Shown one piece after another: positions 25,165-38,100 of a stretch of DNA of 64,000 nucleotides. Source of the DNA: Mobula hypostoma (taxonomy: Eukaryota); the NCBI RefSeq assembly GCF_963921235.1, contig NC_086108.1:113152001-113216000 (forward strand). Direction: 5' to 3'. The notes under the pieces were generated by a model that saw only the letters and a list, made by a program, of their open reading frames with translations, did no database searches and was not told where the DNA came from. Position 1 is the stretch's first letter. The number at the start of each line of letters is the position of its first letter. Both the position numbers and the translations under genes were made by a program.

Positions 25165-27320
25165 GCACACAACTGGGGGCATTTAACAAGTAGTGTAACC
25201 TTATCCCACCTATTAAATGCTCTAATGGCATGCGAATCAAGTAGCCTCTGACAACTAAATCCAGCTCCTGGTCTTCATATGTGGCTTAGCTACCAAACCC
25301 AGCAGACCCATTTCTACTGACAGGAGAAGGGGCAAAAGCAAGCTACTGGCCCCATAAAAACAAATGCTTTGAGCAGATGGGGCTCGTCAGCCATGGTTGG
25401 CAGCTTATCAAGGAAAACTCTGATCTCAAACCTTTGCTGCCTTGTAGCCATACCCACTCACGGGGAAGGCTTTGAGAGAAAACCCAGAGTTAAAATCCAG
25501 AGCCAGGGTCTCTAAAGCAGGCCTAGGCTGACTTCAACATTAATTAGATTAGATTAGATTCAACTATATTGTCATTGTGCCGAGTACAGATACAAAGCCA
25601 ATGAAATGCAGTTAGCATCTGACCAGAAACGCAAAGAATAGCGTTATTTACAAAATAACTGCAAATAAAAAGTAAGTGCTACAGAACACAAATATAAAAG
25701 TACTGAGACAGTACAATACGGATGCAATACTGCTTAGCGCTGTGATGTGAGGTTCAGCAGGGTCACAGCCTCAGGGAAGAAGCTCTTCCTGTGCCTGCTG
25801 GTGCGGGAGCGGAGGCTCCTGTAGTGCCTACCGGATGGGAGGAGAGTAAAAAGTCCATGGTTAGGGTGAGATGCATCCTTGATAATGCTTTTCGCCCTGC
25901 CCAGGCAGCGTTTATGGTAGATGTTCTCAATGGTGGGCAATTGGGTGCCGATAATCTGCTGGACCCTTTTCACCACACGCTGGAGTGCTTTGCGGTCTGA
26001 TACAGGACAATTGCCATACCACACTGAGATGCAGTTGGTGAGTATGCTCTCAATGGTACAGCGGTAAAAGTCCGTCAGTATCCTGGGACAGAGGTGAGCT
26101 ATCTTGATGCTCCGCAGGAAATAAAGGCGCTGTTGCTCCTTTTTGATCAGAATGGAGGAGTTCAGGGACCAGGTCAGATCCTCAGAAATGTGGACACCAA
26201 GGAATTTGAAGCTTGATACACGCTCCACTACAGTTCCGTTGGTGTAGATGGGGATGTGAGTGTAGCTCCTGGCATGCCTGAAGTCCACAATGATCTCCTT
26301 GGTCTTCTGGGTGTTAAGGGCCAGGTTGTTGTCGGCACACCACGCGGCCAGGTGCTGGACCTCATCCCTGTAGGCCGTCTCGTCATCCCCTCTGATCAGG
26401 CCAACCACGGTGGTGTCATCTGTGAACTTGATTATGGAATTAATTATGGAGTTAGAACCATGTACAGGAACGCAGCCATAGGTGAAAAGGGAGTACAGAA
26501 GAGGGCTCAGCAAACAAGCCTTGAGGCACGCCGGCGTTCAGGGGGAGAGTGGAGGAGGAGAGGTTGTCTAACTTAACTGATTGGGGTCTGTTAGTCAGAA
26601 AGTCCAAGGTCCAATTGCAGAGGGATGAGCTGATACCAAGCTGGCGAAGTTTGGCGATCAGCTTGGAGGGGATCACAGTATTGAATGCCGAACTAAAGTC
26701 AATGAACAGCATTCTGACGTAAGAGTTGGGGCTGTCCAGGTGGGTCAGGACAGAGTGAAGTGCTGTGGAGATGGCGTCCTCTGTTGACCTGTAGGTGCGA
26801 TAGGCAAATTAATGGGGGTCCAGGGTAGCGGGCAGACAGGATTTCAGATGTGATAGAACCAGTCTCTCAAAGCACTTTGCAATGATGGGGGTGAGTGCAA
26901 CTGGACGGAAGTCATTCAGGCCCATGGCAGTGGAATGCTTCATCAATGGCACAATGGTGGCGATCTTGAAGCTTGTGGGGACAACTGCCTGGGCCAGGGA
27001 CAGATTAAAAATGTCTGTGAAGACCCCGGCCAACTGCCCTGCACAGATACTGAGCACACAGCCAGGTATTCCATCCGGACCAGCTGCCTTCCGTACATTC
27101 ATCCTGCTCAGGGTGGCGCAAACATCAGAGGTGGAAAGTGAGAGAGGCAGTTCCTGCGACACTGCTCGTACCAAACAGTATTGGTCTCTGTTGTTCCTTT
27201 GGATTCATCAGATGTGTGGAGAAGGGGAGCTTGCTACACGGACAACAGTTCCCTTTCCATATCGTACTGCCCAGGCTTGCATACTGACTTAAGCAGCTAG
27301 CACGCATCATCCATGGCTGA
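25165..27320 (+). mobile_element. RTE-related non-autonomous element (parts 25165-25540 and 27147-27320) interrupted by a Rex1-like LINE
   Basis: Its 5' part recurs in reverse orientation at about 34816-34935; RTE-UTR-like AAGGAAAACTCTGATCTCAAACC motif. Joining of the two parts is inferred. Confidence 0.5.
25541..27146 (-). mobile_element. Rex1/Babar-like LINE, 5'-truncated RT region, pseudogenised
   Basis: [58 protein letters not shown]; one stop and one frameshift; (AATCT)n tail. Confidence 0.93.
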
Positions 27321-27904
27321 CCCTGAACAACAGAGGGCCATTCAGATTGAAAAGCAAGGATGTAATGCTGAGGCTTTATGGTCTATTAAAGCCTTGCGGT
27401 TTCACGGTCTTTTTGGTCTGATGGTCTGTTGGTTGCATTCCTTATTCCAGATCAACAACACAAAAACTGACTGGGCAGCACCCCTCAATTTTCTGGAATC
27501 TGGTGCTGAATGGTGGCTGCAGAGCTGTGGTATTGCTCACTTTGAAGCTGATGTTGTTAATTCTGACAGAACAAATACCTTGGAAATTTGGAAGTAATCT
27601 GTTAAAGTGTTTCTTCGGAGAACTGGGCAGGAATCAAAGCATACTGAGCCCATGTTTCTCCCCGACTGCGGTATGGATTCAATTGCCGCTGGATTCCCTG
27701 GAGACGTTATTGTAAGGTGGAAGGCACATTCACAAGAGGAGATGGGACTCATGAATCACAAGGATGTCATGTTATAAGCACTGAGCTCATTTCGGAAAAA
27801 CTCGTTCCACATGCAGTTGCTTCCGTCTCCTGTCAGTTTTATAAGCTTCAGGCGAGGTTGGCACATGTTCAGGGACGGGGATAAGACTGAAGTGATCGCT
27901 GACT

Positions 27905-28390
27905 ACTGTAGAACACTACAGGCCCTTTGGCCCATCCAATCCATGCCGAACTGTTATTCTGCCTAATCCTATTGATCTGCACCTAGGAGCACCACCCTCC
28001 ATATGCCTCCCATCTCCACTGCTCACCACCCTCTGAGTGAAGAAGTTTCCCCCTCAGCTTCCTTTAAATATTTCACCTTTCACCCTCAACCCATGACCTC
28101 TAGTTCTAGTCTCACCCAACCTGACTGGAAAAAGTCTGCTTGCATTTACCCTATCTATGCCTCTCATAATTTTGTATACTCCTGTCAAATCTCCTGTCAT
28201 TCCCCTATGCTCCAGGGAAACACATTTTAACCTGTTCAATCTTTCCTTGTAACTCAGGTTCTGTACTCCCAGCAATATCCTTGTAAATTTTCTCTGTACT
28301 CTTTCAATCTTATTGATATCTTTCCTATAGGGGTGTGACCAGAAATGCACACAATACTGCAAAGTAGGCCTCAGCAACGTTTTATACAAT
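27905..28390 (-). mobile_element. CR1 3' fragment
   Basis: ORF 28054-28389: LQYCVHFWS, RFTR-like and TRTRGH motifs. Confidence 0.85.
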
Positions 28391-30118
28391 AGTTATGGGG
28401 GGGGGGGGGAGGGAGAATGCGGTAGAGAGGAACAATAAATCAGCCATGATGGAATGGCAGAGCAGACTCGATGGGTGGAATGGCCTAATTCTGCTCCTGT
28501 GTTTTATGGTCTATAGTCATAGTCATACTTTATTGATCCTGAGGGAAATTGGTTTTCGTTACAGTTGCACCAACCAAGAGTAGAGTATAAATATAGCAAT
28601 ATAAAACCATAAATAGTTAAATAGCAATATGTAAATTATGCCAGGAAATAAGTCCAGGACCAGCCTATTGGCTCAGGGTGTCTGACCCTCCAAGGGAGGA
28701 GCTGTAAAGTTTGATGGCCACTATGACAACTTTATTATAACATCTCAACTCCTGTGCTCAATACATTGACTTATGAAGGCCAGAAGCTTTCTTTACGACC
28801 CTATCTATGTGTGATGTCACTTTTAAGGAATTATGAATCTGTATTCCCGGATCCCTCTGTTCCACTGCACTCCTCAGTGCCTTACCGCCTCGCTGTACTC
28901 TGCCGCTACACAAGTTGGACAAAATCCTTGGCTGCTGTGCTGAACTGGTCTGTGTTGCTCCACATTGTCAGGAAACATACAATTAACCTCGTAGTCTGCC
29001 TTCACGTTCAACCTTCCAAAGTGAATCACTTTGCACTTTTCCAGACTGAACTCGCTCTGCCACTCCCTAGCCCAGCTCTGCATCCTGCGAATGTCCTGTT
29101 GTAATCTACACCACCAACCTTTGTATCATCTGCAAACTTACTAACCCACCTTTCCACTTCCTCATCCGAGTCATTTATAAAATTCATAAAAAGAAGGCTT
29201 CCCAGGTCAGGCCACGTTCCCCCTGTGACCGCATGCTCTGTTTTCCTCCCACAGGTCAGCGGGTTAATCAGTCACTTGGAATTGTCCTGTACTACAGCTT
29301 CATGGCAAAATGCACCAATGGAGAGCTGATGGGCAAGTGCAGGAGTGAATAAGTTGCAGATACATGGGGAGTTGAGGAATAGGACTGATGGAATTGTCGC
29401 CCTGGGAGATGGAGTCATAGAGTCAGGCCCTTCTTCCCATCTAGCCTGTGCCAAACTATTATTCTGCCTAGTCCCATTGAACCGCACCTGAACCATAGCC
29501 TCCACACCCCTCCTGTCCACGGACTTACTCAAACTTCTCCTAAACATTGCCATCAAAACCACATCTACTACTTTCACTAGCAACTTGTTTCACACTTGCT
29601 CCAAGCTCTGAGTGAAGAAGTTCCTCCTAATACTCCCCTTAGATATTTCACTTCTCACCCTTAATCCATGAACTATCAAGAAGGAGGTACAGCAGCCTGA
29701 AGACATACCCTCAGTGTTTCAGGAAGAGCTTCTTCCCCTCTGCCATCAGATTTCTCAATGGACAATGAGTCCATGAATACTACTTCACTACTTTTTCTCT
29801 CTCCTTTTACAATAATTTAACTATTTTTAATCTATATACTTTCTTACTGTAATTTACAGTTTTTATTATTATGTTTTGCAATGTGCTGCTACTGTAAACT
29901 ACAAATTTCACGACAGTGATATGAAACCTGATTCGGATCTCTAGTTCTATGTTCACCCAGACTCAATGGCAAAGCCTCCTTGCATTTACCCTGTAGCATG
30001 AATCTGAGAGATACCCTGTGTTCGTTATATAATTATCACTGTTCAGGACCATTCAGGTCCTTAGAAGAAAAGATTCCTTACAAATTAAAATATTTAAAGA
30101 TAGAAACATTTAGATCAC

Positions 30119-30163
30119 CTTATCACCTTTCAGTCCGGGTTGGCCGACGTCTCCCACCAGACC
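30119..30163 (-). CDS. col24a1: Collagen exon (45 bp): GLVGDVGQPGLKGDK
   Basis: CAG acceptor, GTGATC donor, 110-bp intron to the previous exon; ends in the clade-C PG(L/I)KGDK motif. Confidence 0.92.
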
Positions 30164-30273
30164 CTGCAACAAGAATTGGAACAAAGGGCATCTCAGTGCC
30201 TGAAAGATATCGACCACCTGGTGGAAGAATAATTCATCAAAGATCGTATAGAATTGTGGTTTAGAAACGATAC

Positions 30274-30327
30274 CTGAGGTCCGGGGATTCCGGGGAGACC
30301 AGCTGAGCCTTGAGGACCCACATCACC
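30274..30327 (-). CDS. col24a1: Collagen exon (54 bp): GDVGPQGSAGLPGIPGPQ
   Basis: CAG acceptor, GTATCG donor, 6 Gly-X-Y triplets; the GIPGP ending is as recalled for COL24A1. Confidence 0.92.
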
Positions 30328-31839
30328 CTGCGTGGGAAGAGATGTGAACTGTGGTTACTGACAACACAGAGAACAGAGTTATTGAGAATGGAAACAGACT
30401 CTTCGGCCCATCTTATCAATGCTGAACAAGTAGCCTAACTGAGTTAGCAGCATTTATCTGCGTTTGTGCCCAGATCCCACTAAACCTTCAGGGTCATAGA
30501 GTCATAGAGCCATAGAAAAGTACAGTACAAAAACAGGCCCTTTGGCCCATCTAGTCTGTGCCAAATGATTTAAACTGCCTATTCCCATCGACCTGCACCC
30601 AGACCATAAACCTCCATACCCCTACCATCCATGTACCTATCCAAACTTCTCCTAAATGCTGAAATCAAGTTCACAAGCACCACTCGTGCTGGCAGCTCAT
30701 CCCGCACTCTCATGACCACTGAGTGAAGAAGTTCCCCCTCATGTTCCCCTTGAACTTTTCACCTTTCACCCTTAACCCATGACCTGTAGTTGCAGCCTCA
30801 CCCAACCTCAGAGGAAAAAGCCAGCTTGGATTAACTCTATCTATATGCCTCATAATTTTGTATATCTCTTAACAAATCTCCCCTCATTCTCCTACGCTCC
30901 AGAAAATAAAGTCCTACCCTATTCTATCTTTCCCAACAACTCAAGTACTGGCAAAAGAGATTCTGCAGATGCCAGAAATCCAGAGCAACACACACAAAAT
31001 GCTGGAGGAACTCAGCAGGTCAGGCAGCGTCTATGGAAATACAGTCAACATTTCGGGCTGAGACCCTGATTCAGGAGATCAATCGACATTTTGGATTGAG
31101 ACTCTTCAGTGTAGGATCCGTGTGAATGGGTGGTTTATTGTCAGTCATGCTCAGTGGGCAGAAAGGCCTGGTCCTGTGCTGTGTGACTTGAGTTCAGTGA
31201 CCCAGCCCTTTCATCTTGATTGAATTCTCAGAAATCTACGCCAGCAGGCTTTCCCTGAATTCGAGATTTTGCTCCTTCCCAAGAATTATCAGCCCCGCCA
31301 ATTTGGCAGAGATCCAAATCCTCCGTTATCTTGCTCGGCTGTCGATGTGAGGGAAAAGAACAGGCTACCCCAAGCATCGTTCCGTCGTTCTGGCAGTCAG
31401 TTCCTCCAAGGAACAGAGCGCATCTCCAGATGGATGGCGAAGGGTGAGAACAGCCTCCTTCTGTGCAATATCATTTCACAGTTCAAATCCACTCCTTGAG
31501 CAACTGCGTTTGAAGTCCCTGCCTTAACAGCGGCACTTTGCAAGGCATTTGGCTGCTGGCAAGATTCCCGCTAGCAATTCACAGTACTGAGCTTGTCTCC
31601 AGAACAGCTGTGGGGACGCTACATCTGGAGTCAACCCACGGCTGAGCCGAGGCCAAGGATTTACAAGCAATCTTGACAAATTCACTTTAAAAAGCTTTTA
31701 ATGTTTAAAGGCATAAAAGGAAACTGCAGTTGCATCAAGTGATACCATGGCAGGAAGTGTCTATTCAATGGTTACCATCGCTCAATGCAGAATGAATGGG
31801 ATGGAGATAACAACTCGGATGTGACTTTGAAATCTGGAT

Positions 31840-32920
31840 TTTCAATCAACAAGCTTCAAAACTTTAACCTTTGTACCTCCATCTAAAATTGGATCCTTGA
31901 TTTCCTCAATGGGAGACCACAGACAGTGTGGATCAGAAATAACATCTCCTCCTCGCGGACAATCGACAGAGGCACATTTCAATGATGCGTGCTTAGTCCG
32001 CTGCTCTACCCTCCCTATACCCATGACTGCACGGCTAAGCACAGCTCAAACACCATTTATAAAATTGCCGGTGACAAAACCATTGCCGGCAGAATTTCAG
32101 ATGGTGACGAGAGGTGTACTGGAGTGAGATAGATCAGTTGGTTGACTGGTGTCGCAACAACAACCTCACACTCAACGTCAGTAAGACCTAGAAATTGATT
32201 GTGTACTTCAGGAGGGAGAGGTCAAGGGAACACACACCTGTCCTCATCCAGCGACCAGCAGAGGAAAGGGTGAGCAGTTTCATATTCCTGGGTTTCAACA
32301 TCTCTGAAGATCTACTGTACCCTGGTCCTAGCATATTGATGCATTTCCAAAGAAGGCATGCCAGCAGCTATATTTCATTAGCAAGAGGAATTCTGCAGAT
32401 GCTGGAAATTCAAGCAACACACGTCAAAGTTGCTGGTGAACGCAGCAGGCCGGGCAGCATCTCTAGGAAGAGGTACAGTCGACGTTTCAGGCCGAGACCC
32501 TTCGTCAGGACCGTCCTGAAACATCGAGTGTACCTCTTCCTAGAGATGCTGCCTGGCCTGCTGCGTTCACCAGCAACTTTGATGTGTGTAGCTATATTTC
32601 ATTAGGAGCTTGAGGAGATTTAGAATGTCACCAAATCTCTGCAGATGTATCATGGAGAGCATTCCGATTGGTTACATCACCGTCTGGTATGGGAGGGCCA
32701 ATACACAGGATCAGAAAAAGCTGCAAAGAGTTGCAAACTTGGTCAGTCCTATCAGAGGCAGTAGCCTCCGCAGCATCGAGGATAGATAAAAAAATAATGC
32801 CTCAAAATGGTGTCCTTCATTAAGGACCCCATCACCCAGGACATACCCCCTTCTCATTGCTACCATCAGGGAGGAGGTACAGGAGACTGAAGATACATTC
32901 AGTGTTTCAGGAACATTTTT
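31840..32920 (+). mobile_element. Degenerate Rex1/Babar-like LINE fragment hosting a Penelope mini-insertion
   Basis: WCRNNNLTLNVSKT, FLG.NISEDL and ITVWYG motifs. Confidence 0.75.
32382..32589. mobile_element. 208-bp palindromic Penelope 3'-end insertion carrying a hammerhead motif (32476-32511, minus)
   Basis: Perfect 16-bp TSD AGCTATATTTCATTAG at 32366-32381 and 32590-32605; about 75-bp inverted arms. Confidence 0.9.
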
Positions 32921-33699
32921 CTCTGTAACGTAACACTTTGTTCTGCATTCTGTTATTGTTTTCCCTCAATGCAAAGCAGTAATTATTTAACGATACAGCC
33001 CGGAACAAGCCCTGCTGGCCTTTCAAACTGTGCTGCCAGCAACCTGTGATAAAATCTTATGCTAATCACGGGACAATTTACAATGACTCATTGACCTCCT
33101 AACCGGTACGTCTTTGGCCAGTAGGAAGAAACAAGAGCACCTGGGGGAAACTCGCACAGAACGTACAAGCTCCTTACAGAAGGTGCTGGAACTGAACTCT
33201 GAACTCCACCTGAGCTGTAATAATATCGTGGTAACCACTACGCTACTGCGACACCCTTTACGTGATCTGTATAAACAGTATGCAAGACAACTTGTCACTC
33301 TACCTCAGTACATGTGACAATAATAAAATAATTTACCAATTTAATCCTAAACTATCTGGGATTCGGACAAAAGAACACTTGCTAGAAATTCACCTTGCTA
33401 GGGAGATACCAAGCAAGTGGCACCATGTTGGTGTCATTATGGTTGATGGTCTGGCCAGGACTTCTCTTCAGGGTTTATTCCTGAAGCCTTCCCTTTGAGT
33501 GGGTTTAGCCACAAGGCAGCGGAGGTTTGAGATTGGAATTTTCAATCTCTGAGATGAGATGCCAACCACAGCAGACAAGCCCCACCTGCCCAAACCGACT
33601 GATAACCTGTCTTTGCTCTTTCTCCTGCCAGTAGAAATGGTTCCTGGTGATGTTGGTGAAGGAGACGCCTGAGGTGTCGAGGGGGCTGGCTGGGATGTT

Positions 33700-34232
33700 G
33701 AAGGAGCCAGCCATAATGTTGGAGGAGCTTGTTGGGATATCGGAGGAGCTTGTTGGAGTATTTGAAGAGCCAGTCGGGATACTGGAGGAGCCAGTCGGGA
33801 TATCGGAGGAGCCAGTCGGGATATCAGAGGAGCCGGTCGGGATATCAGAGAAGCCGGTCAGGATATCAGAGGAGCCGGTCGGGATATCGGAGGAGCCAGT
33901 CGGGATATCAGAGGAGCCGTTCGGGATATCAGAGAAGCCGGTCGGGATATCAGAGGAGCCGGTCGGGATATCGGTGGAGCCTGTCGGAATATCAGAGGAG
34001 CCAGACAGGATATAGGAGGACACTGTCGGGATATCAGAGGAGCCGGTCAGGATATCGGAAGAACCGGTCGGGATATCAGAGGAGCCTGTCGGATATCGGA
34101 GGAGCCGGTCGGGATATCAGAGGAGCCTGTCGGATATCGGAGGAGCCGGTCGGGATATCGGAGGAGCCTGTCGGATAACGGAGGAGTCGGTCGGGATATC
34201 AGAGGAGCCGGTCCGGATATCAGAGCAGCCGG
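33700..34232. repeat. 21-bp CpG-rich minisatellite, about 24 copies
   Basis: Unit GAGGAGCCGGTCGGGATATCA. Confidence 0.95.
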
Positions 34233-34939
34233 TCAGTGTGTGGGAGGAACTGGTTTGGGTTCGGAGGACCAGACCTGACCTGGCTGCAGACCAGGTTGCT
34301 GCCCACTACTCAGAAACATCGGATTTGCTGCAGCGTTACCATGGGGGATTGTCTCGGCCATTTCACTTCCAATCGTTGGACTCTGTTGGAACAACTGGGT
34401 CTCAAGCCTCGGGCTTACCCCCTGTGGTAGACCAGGTGAAGGCACGGAAGTGTGAGAGTGTGATGGAGTTTGCCTGGGGCCTGGCCTCGCCCGTCAGTGC
34501 TGCCCTCTCCTGTTTGAGCGGTGGAATGACAGGCTGGAGTACATGTGTCTGTACACTGCCGAGAGACCGTACCACTGATCGCCAGACATTGTCGCTCAGG
34601 GTCTAGTACTATATAGATGCTATTTTTGATGAATATGCTTCTTTGCTCAGTATTTCGAATTATGCTACTGTACCTGCTTTTTGAATGTTACTCACTACTT
34701 TTAAGTTTGCTTGCTATTTTGTATGTTTTGCACCTTGGCCACAGAGAAACACTGTCTCATTCAGCCGTATCTAGGTACGGTTTGAATGATAATTCAACTT
34801 GATTTGATTAGATTTCTGCCGGGCTTGGTAGCTAAGTCACACAGGAAGGCCAGGATATGAATTTGGTTGTCAAAGGCTATTCGAGATGCACACCATTGGA
34901 AGCATTTAATAGATAGTGGGAGCTGATGCCCCACTATGT

Positions 34940-35450
34940 TGTAAAGTGCAGCAGAGGTAAACAGGAAACTGCTCACTGTCCCTAGTGAGGAGACCTCGGT
35001 GGTGACAGGGTACTCATTAATCTCACAGCCTCGGTGGTCACAAACTGTTACCCAGTCCGGCAGTCCTAGTCCTGATGCTCCTGTACCTCCTTCCCAACAG
35101 CAGTGAGTCAAAGAGATTGTGGGATGAGAGTTAGGAATCCTCAACAATGCCTCAGGCCCTCTGTCTGCAATGTTCCTGGTAAATATCACAAATGGGGGGA
35201 GGGAGACCCGACGAGCTCTCGGCGTTCTTTACTGTCCTCTGTAGGGTCTTGCAGTCCGAGGCCTTGCAGCTTCCGGACCGCACAATGATGCAGACAGACA
35301 GGACAGTCTCCATGGTGCTCCTGTGGAAAGTCGTTCGAATGGGGGTGGGGACCCTTGCACACCTCAGTCTCCTCAGAAAGTGTGGACGCTGCTGTATCTT
35401 CTTAACAAAGCGGGAGGTGTTGTGGGTGCAGGTTAGATAGTCCATTATGA
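34940..35450 (-). mobile_element. Rex1/Babar-like LINE 3' fragment
   Basis: QQRPHFLRRLR and KTLQRTV motifs in ORF 35152-35445. Confidence 0.75.
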
Positions 35451-36195
35451 GTGAGGGGGAACACTCCCCACTTGTATCTGGATGGGTAGAGCTCCTGAAG
35501 TAGTCCCTTGATCAAGGCTACATCCACTAGGCTGATCATTCACCCCTCCACCACTGGCACAAAGTGGCTACAGTGTTATCCATTTACAAAACACATCACA
35601 GTTACTCACCTGGGCTACTCTGACAGACCCTCCAAAATCCACCACGTCACATTGCCACAGATGGCTGTGGCATTCTGTATATTTAATGCGAAGGTTGATA
35701 TGTTCTTGATTAGAAGGCAGGAGAATGGGTTGAGAGGGATAGTACATCAGCCACGGTGGACTGGCAGAGCAGACACAAATACGCACCATCATTTGAGTGA
35801 GGAAGCTGCCCCTGGTGTCTCTATATAGAGTGGACGTGGAGAGGATGTTTCCTACAGTGGGTGAGTCTGGGACCAGAAAACACAGTCTCAGAATAGAAGG
35901 ACATCCACTGAGAACAGACATGAGGAGGAACTTCTTTAGCCAGAGAATAGAGAATCTGCCATGGGTGGCTGTGGAGGCCAAGTCATTGAGTATATTTAAA
36001 GCAGAGGTTGATAGGTTCTTGATAGAGAAGGCAGAAGAATGGGGTTGAAAGGGATAATAATTCAGCCATGATGGACTGATGGAGTAGACTCGATGGGCTG
36101 AATGGCCTAATTCTGCTCCTGTGTCCCATGCATCATCATTCTACAGGCCGTGCCACTCAGGTACTTTGTCTATGTTAGTATTTTGCATGACTGTA

Positions 36196-36812
36196 TGTGA
36201 AACATTCTGGTTTCCTTGTCTGCGTGAGTCTAGAGAAGACACTCTCCAAACGCGTGAGATTGAGCCTACTCTCCCCCCCCAGACCCCGGTCTGTGTGCAC
36301 GCTGTGTAATTCACCACCCTGTTACAAATCAGTGCCACAAATTAACAGACAGTGCACGGCATATGATTAAAGGAATTATATCTATGAATTTTAACTTAAC
36401 TGAAGAGTTAGTAAAGAAAAACAAAACAAAAAGAAAAGGCCCCATTCTAATTAAACAGTCAAATATGCACAAGTTGGAGCTCATCTTGAACTGTCACTCA
36501 CGCGCTGGACCCTCGGTCAGCGTGGAAGCACACACCATCTTCCGAATGTCGCTCGCAATCCATCTCAAACCACCGGATCATATCCTACGACCGGATCTCC
36601 CCAGCGTCTTCTCCCGACAAACAAAAGCCCAGGACCAACCTTATCGTGCCTCACGAAGAAAACCTCCCACTGATAGGATGGCTCACATTCCACATCATCC
36701 CTCATCTTCAACAATAACCCAAACAGGTTGAAAGCAGAACAGACTGCTCTTACAAAACTGCTAAATGAAATCCCTACAGAATAACAGTAAAGATGTGAGC
36801 CAGGGCAATACA
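36196..36812 (-). mobile_element. Possible solo LTR
   Basis: TG...CA termini and a non-coding body distinct from the flanking LINE debris; no clean TSD found. Confidence 0.4.
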
Positions 36813-37276
36813 GCTTCTGCTATTGTAACCATATGTGCTGTGTGCTTTTGGTAATGTCTTTTGCACCTTGGCTTTGCAGGAATGCTGTTCAATTTGGCTA
36901 TATTCATGTGTATGGTTGAATGATAATTTAACTTGAACTTATGATCTTCTGGACAAATGGTCTTATATGCAAACCCACCCACTCTCCTGGCCAGAAGGAC
37001 ATGGGCAGCAGGTGCAGGGGAATACACTACCCGCAGGTTCCCTTCCCAGTCACACAACACCCTGACAGGGAGACCTATCGGTGTTCCTTCTCAGGCACTG
37101 GGTCTCCCTCCCCACCGGCACATTGCCCTGACAGACTGCAGTGGTTCTCAAGATAGCTCATACCCACCTTCTCAGGGGTCAACTCAGCATGAGGGATAAA
37201 TGCTGGTGTCACATTACTCCAATAATTAACTTTAGATCAAATTTGACTTGAAGTTGTGTATCTGAGTTTTACATAC

Positions 37277-37321
37277 CCGAAGACCAGGAAATCCTGGCTG
37301 ACCAACTCCTCCAACTATGCC
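37277..37321 (-). CDS. col24a1: Collagen exon (45 bp): GIVGGVGQPGFPGLR
   Basis: TAG acceptor, GTATGT donor, 5 Gly-X-Y triplets. Close to recalled human COL24A1 GLVGGTGPPGFPGLR; the most diagnostic exon for COL24A1 over COL27A1. Confidence 0.93.
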
Positions 37322-37469
37322 CTAGAAATACAAGAGGAATTTCAGATTAGACATTTCATTTCTCAGCTCTCTGCATATTGTGTGGTTCTCAGTGAATCGT
37401 AACAAGCTCTTACCCTGTGACCGTACCTATACATAAAATATAGTCACAGAGCACCACAGTGCGGAATCA

Positions 37470-38100
37470 TAGACACATAGAAAACCTACAGCACAATACA
37501 AGCCCTTTGACCCACAAAGCTGTGTCGAACATGTACTTACTTCAGAAATTACCTAGTGTTACCCATAGCCCTCTATTTTTCTGAGCTCCATGTACCTGTC
37601 CAGGAGTCTCTTAAAAGATCCCATCGTATCCACCTCCACCACTGTTGCTGGCAGCCCATTCCATGCACTCACCATCTGCGTAAAAAACTTACCCCTGACA
37701 TCTCCTCTGTACCTACTTCCAAGCACCTTAAAACTGTGCCCTCTCGTGTTAGTCATTTCAGCCCTGGGAAAAAGCCTCTGACTATCCACACGATCAATGC
37801 CTCTCATCATCCCTCTAGCCCTTCAGCCCATCTAGTCCCTGCTGAGCTATTATTCTGCCAAGTCCCATCGACACGCACCTGGACCATAACTCTCCCATCC
37901 ATGTCTTTATCCAAATTTCTCTTTAATGTTGAAATAAAACGTCCATCCACCACTTCTGTTGGCAGTTCGTTCCACACTCTCAACACCCTCTGAGTGAAGA
38001 AGTTCCCCTTCAATATTTCACCTTTCACCCTTAACCCATGACCTCTAGTTCTAGACTCACTCAACATCAGTGGACAAAGCCTGCTTGTATTGACCCTGTC
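37470..38100 (-). mobile_element. Two CR1 3' ends in tandem
   Basis: 37470-37810 nearly identical to 8660-9005; second fragment has RTRGH..FFTQRV motifs. Confidence 0.88.
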
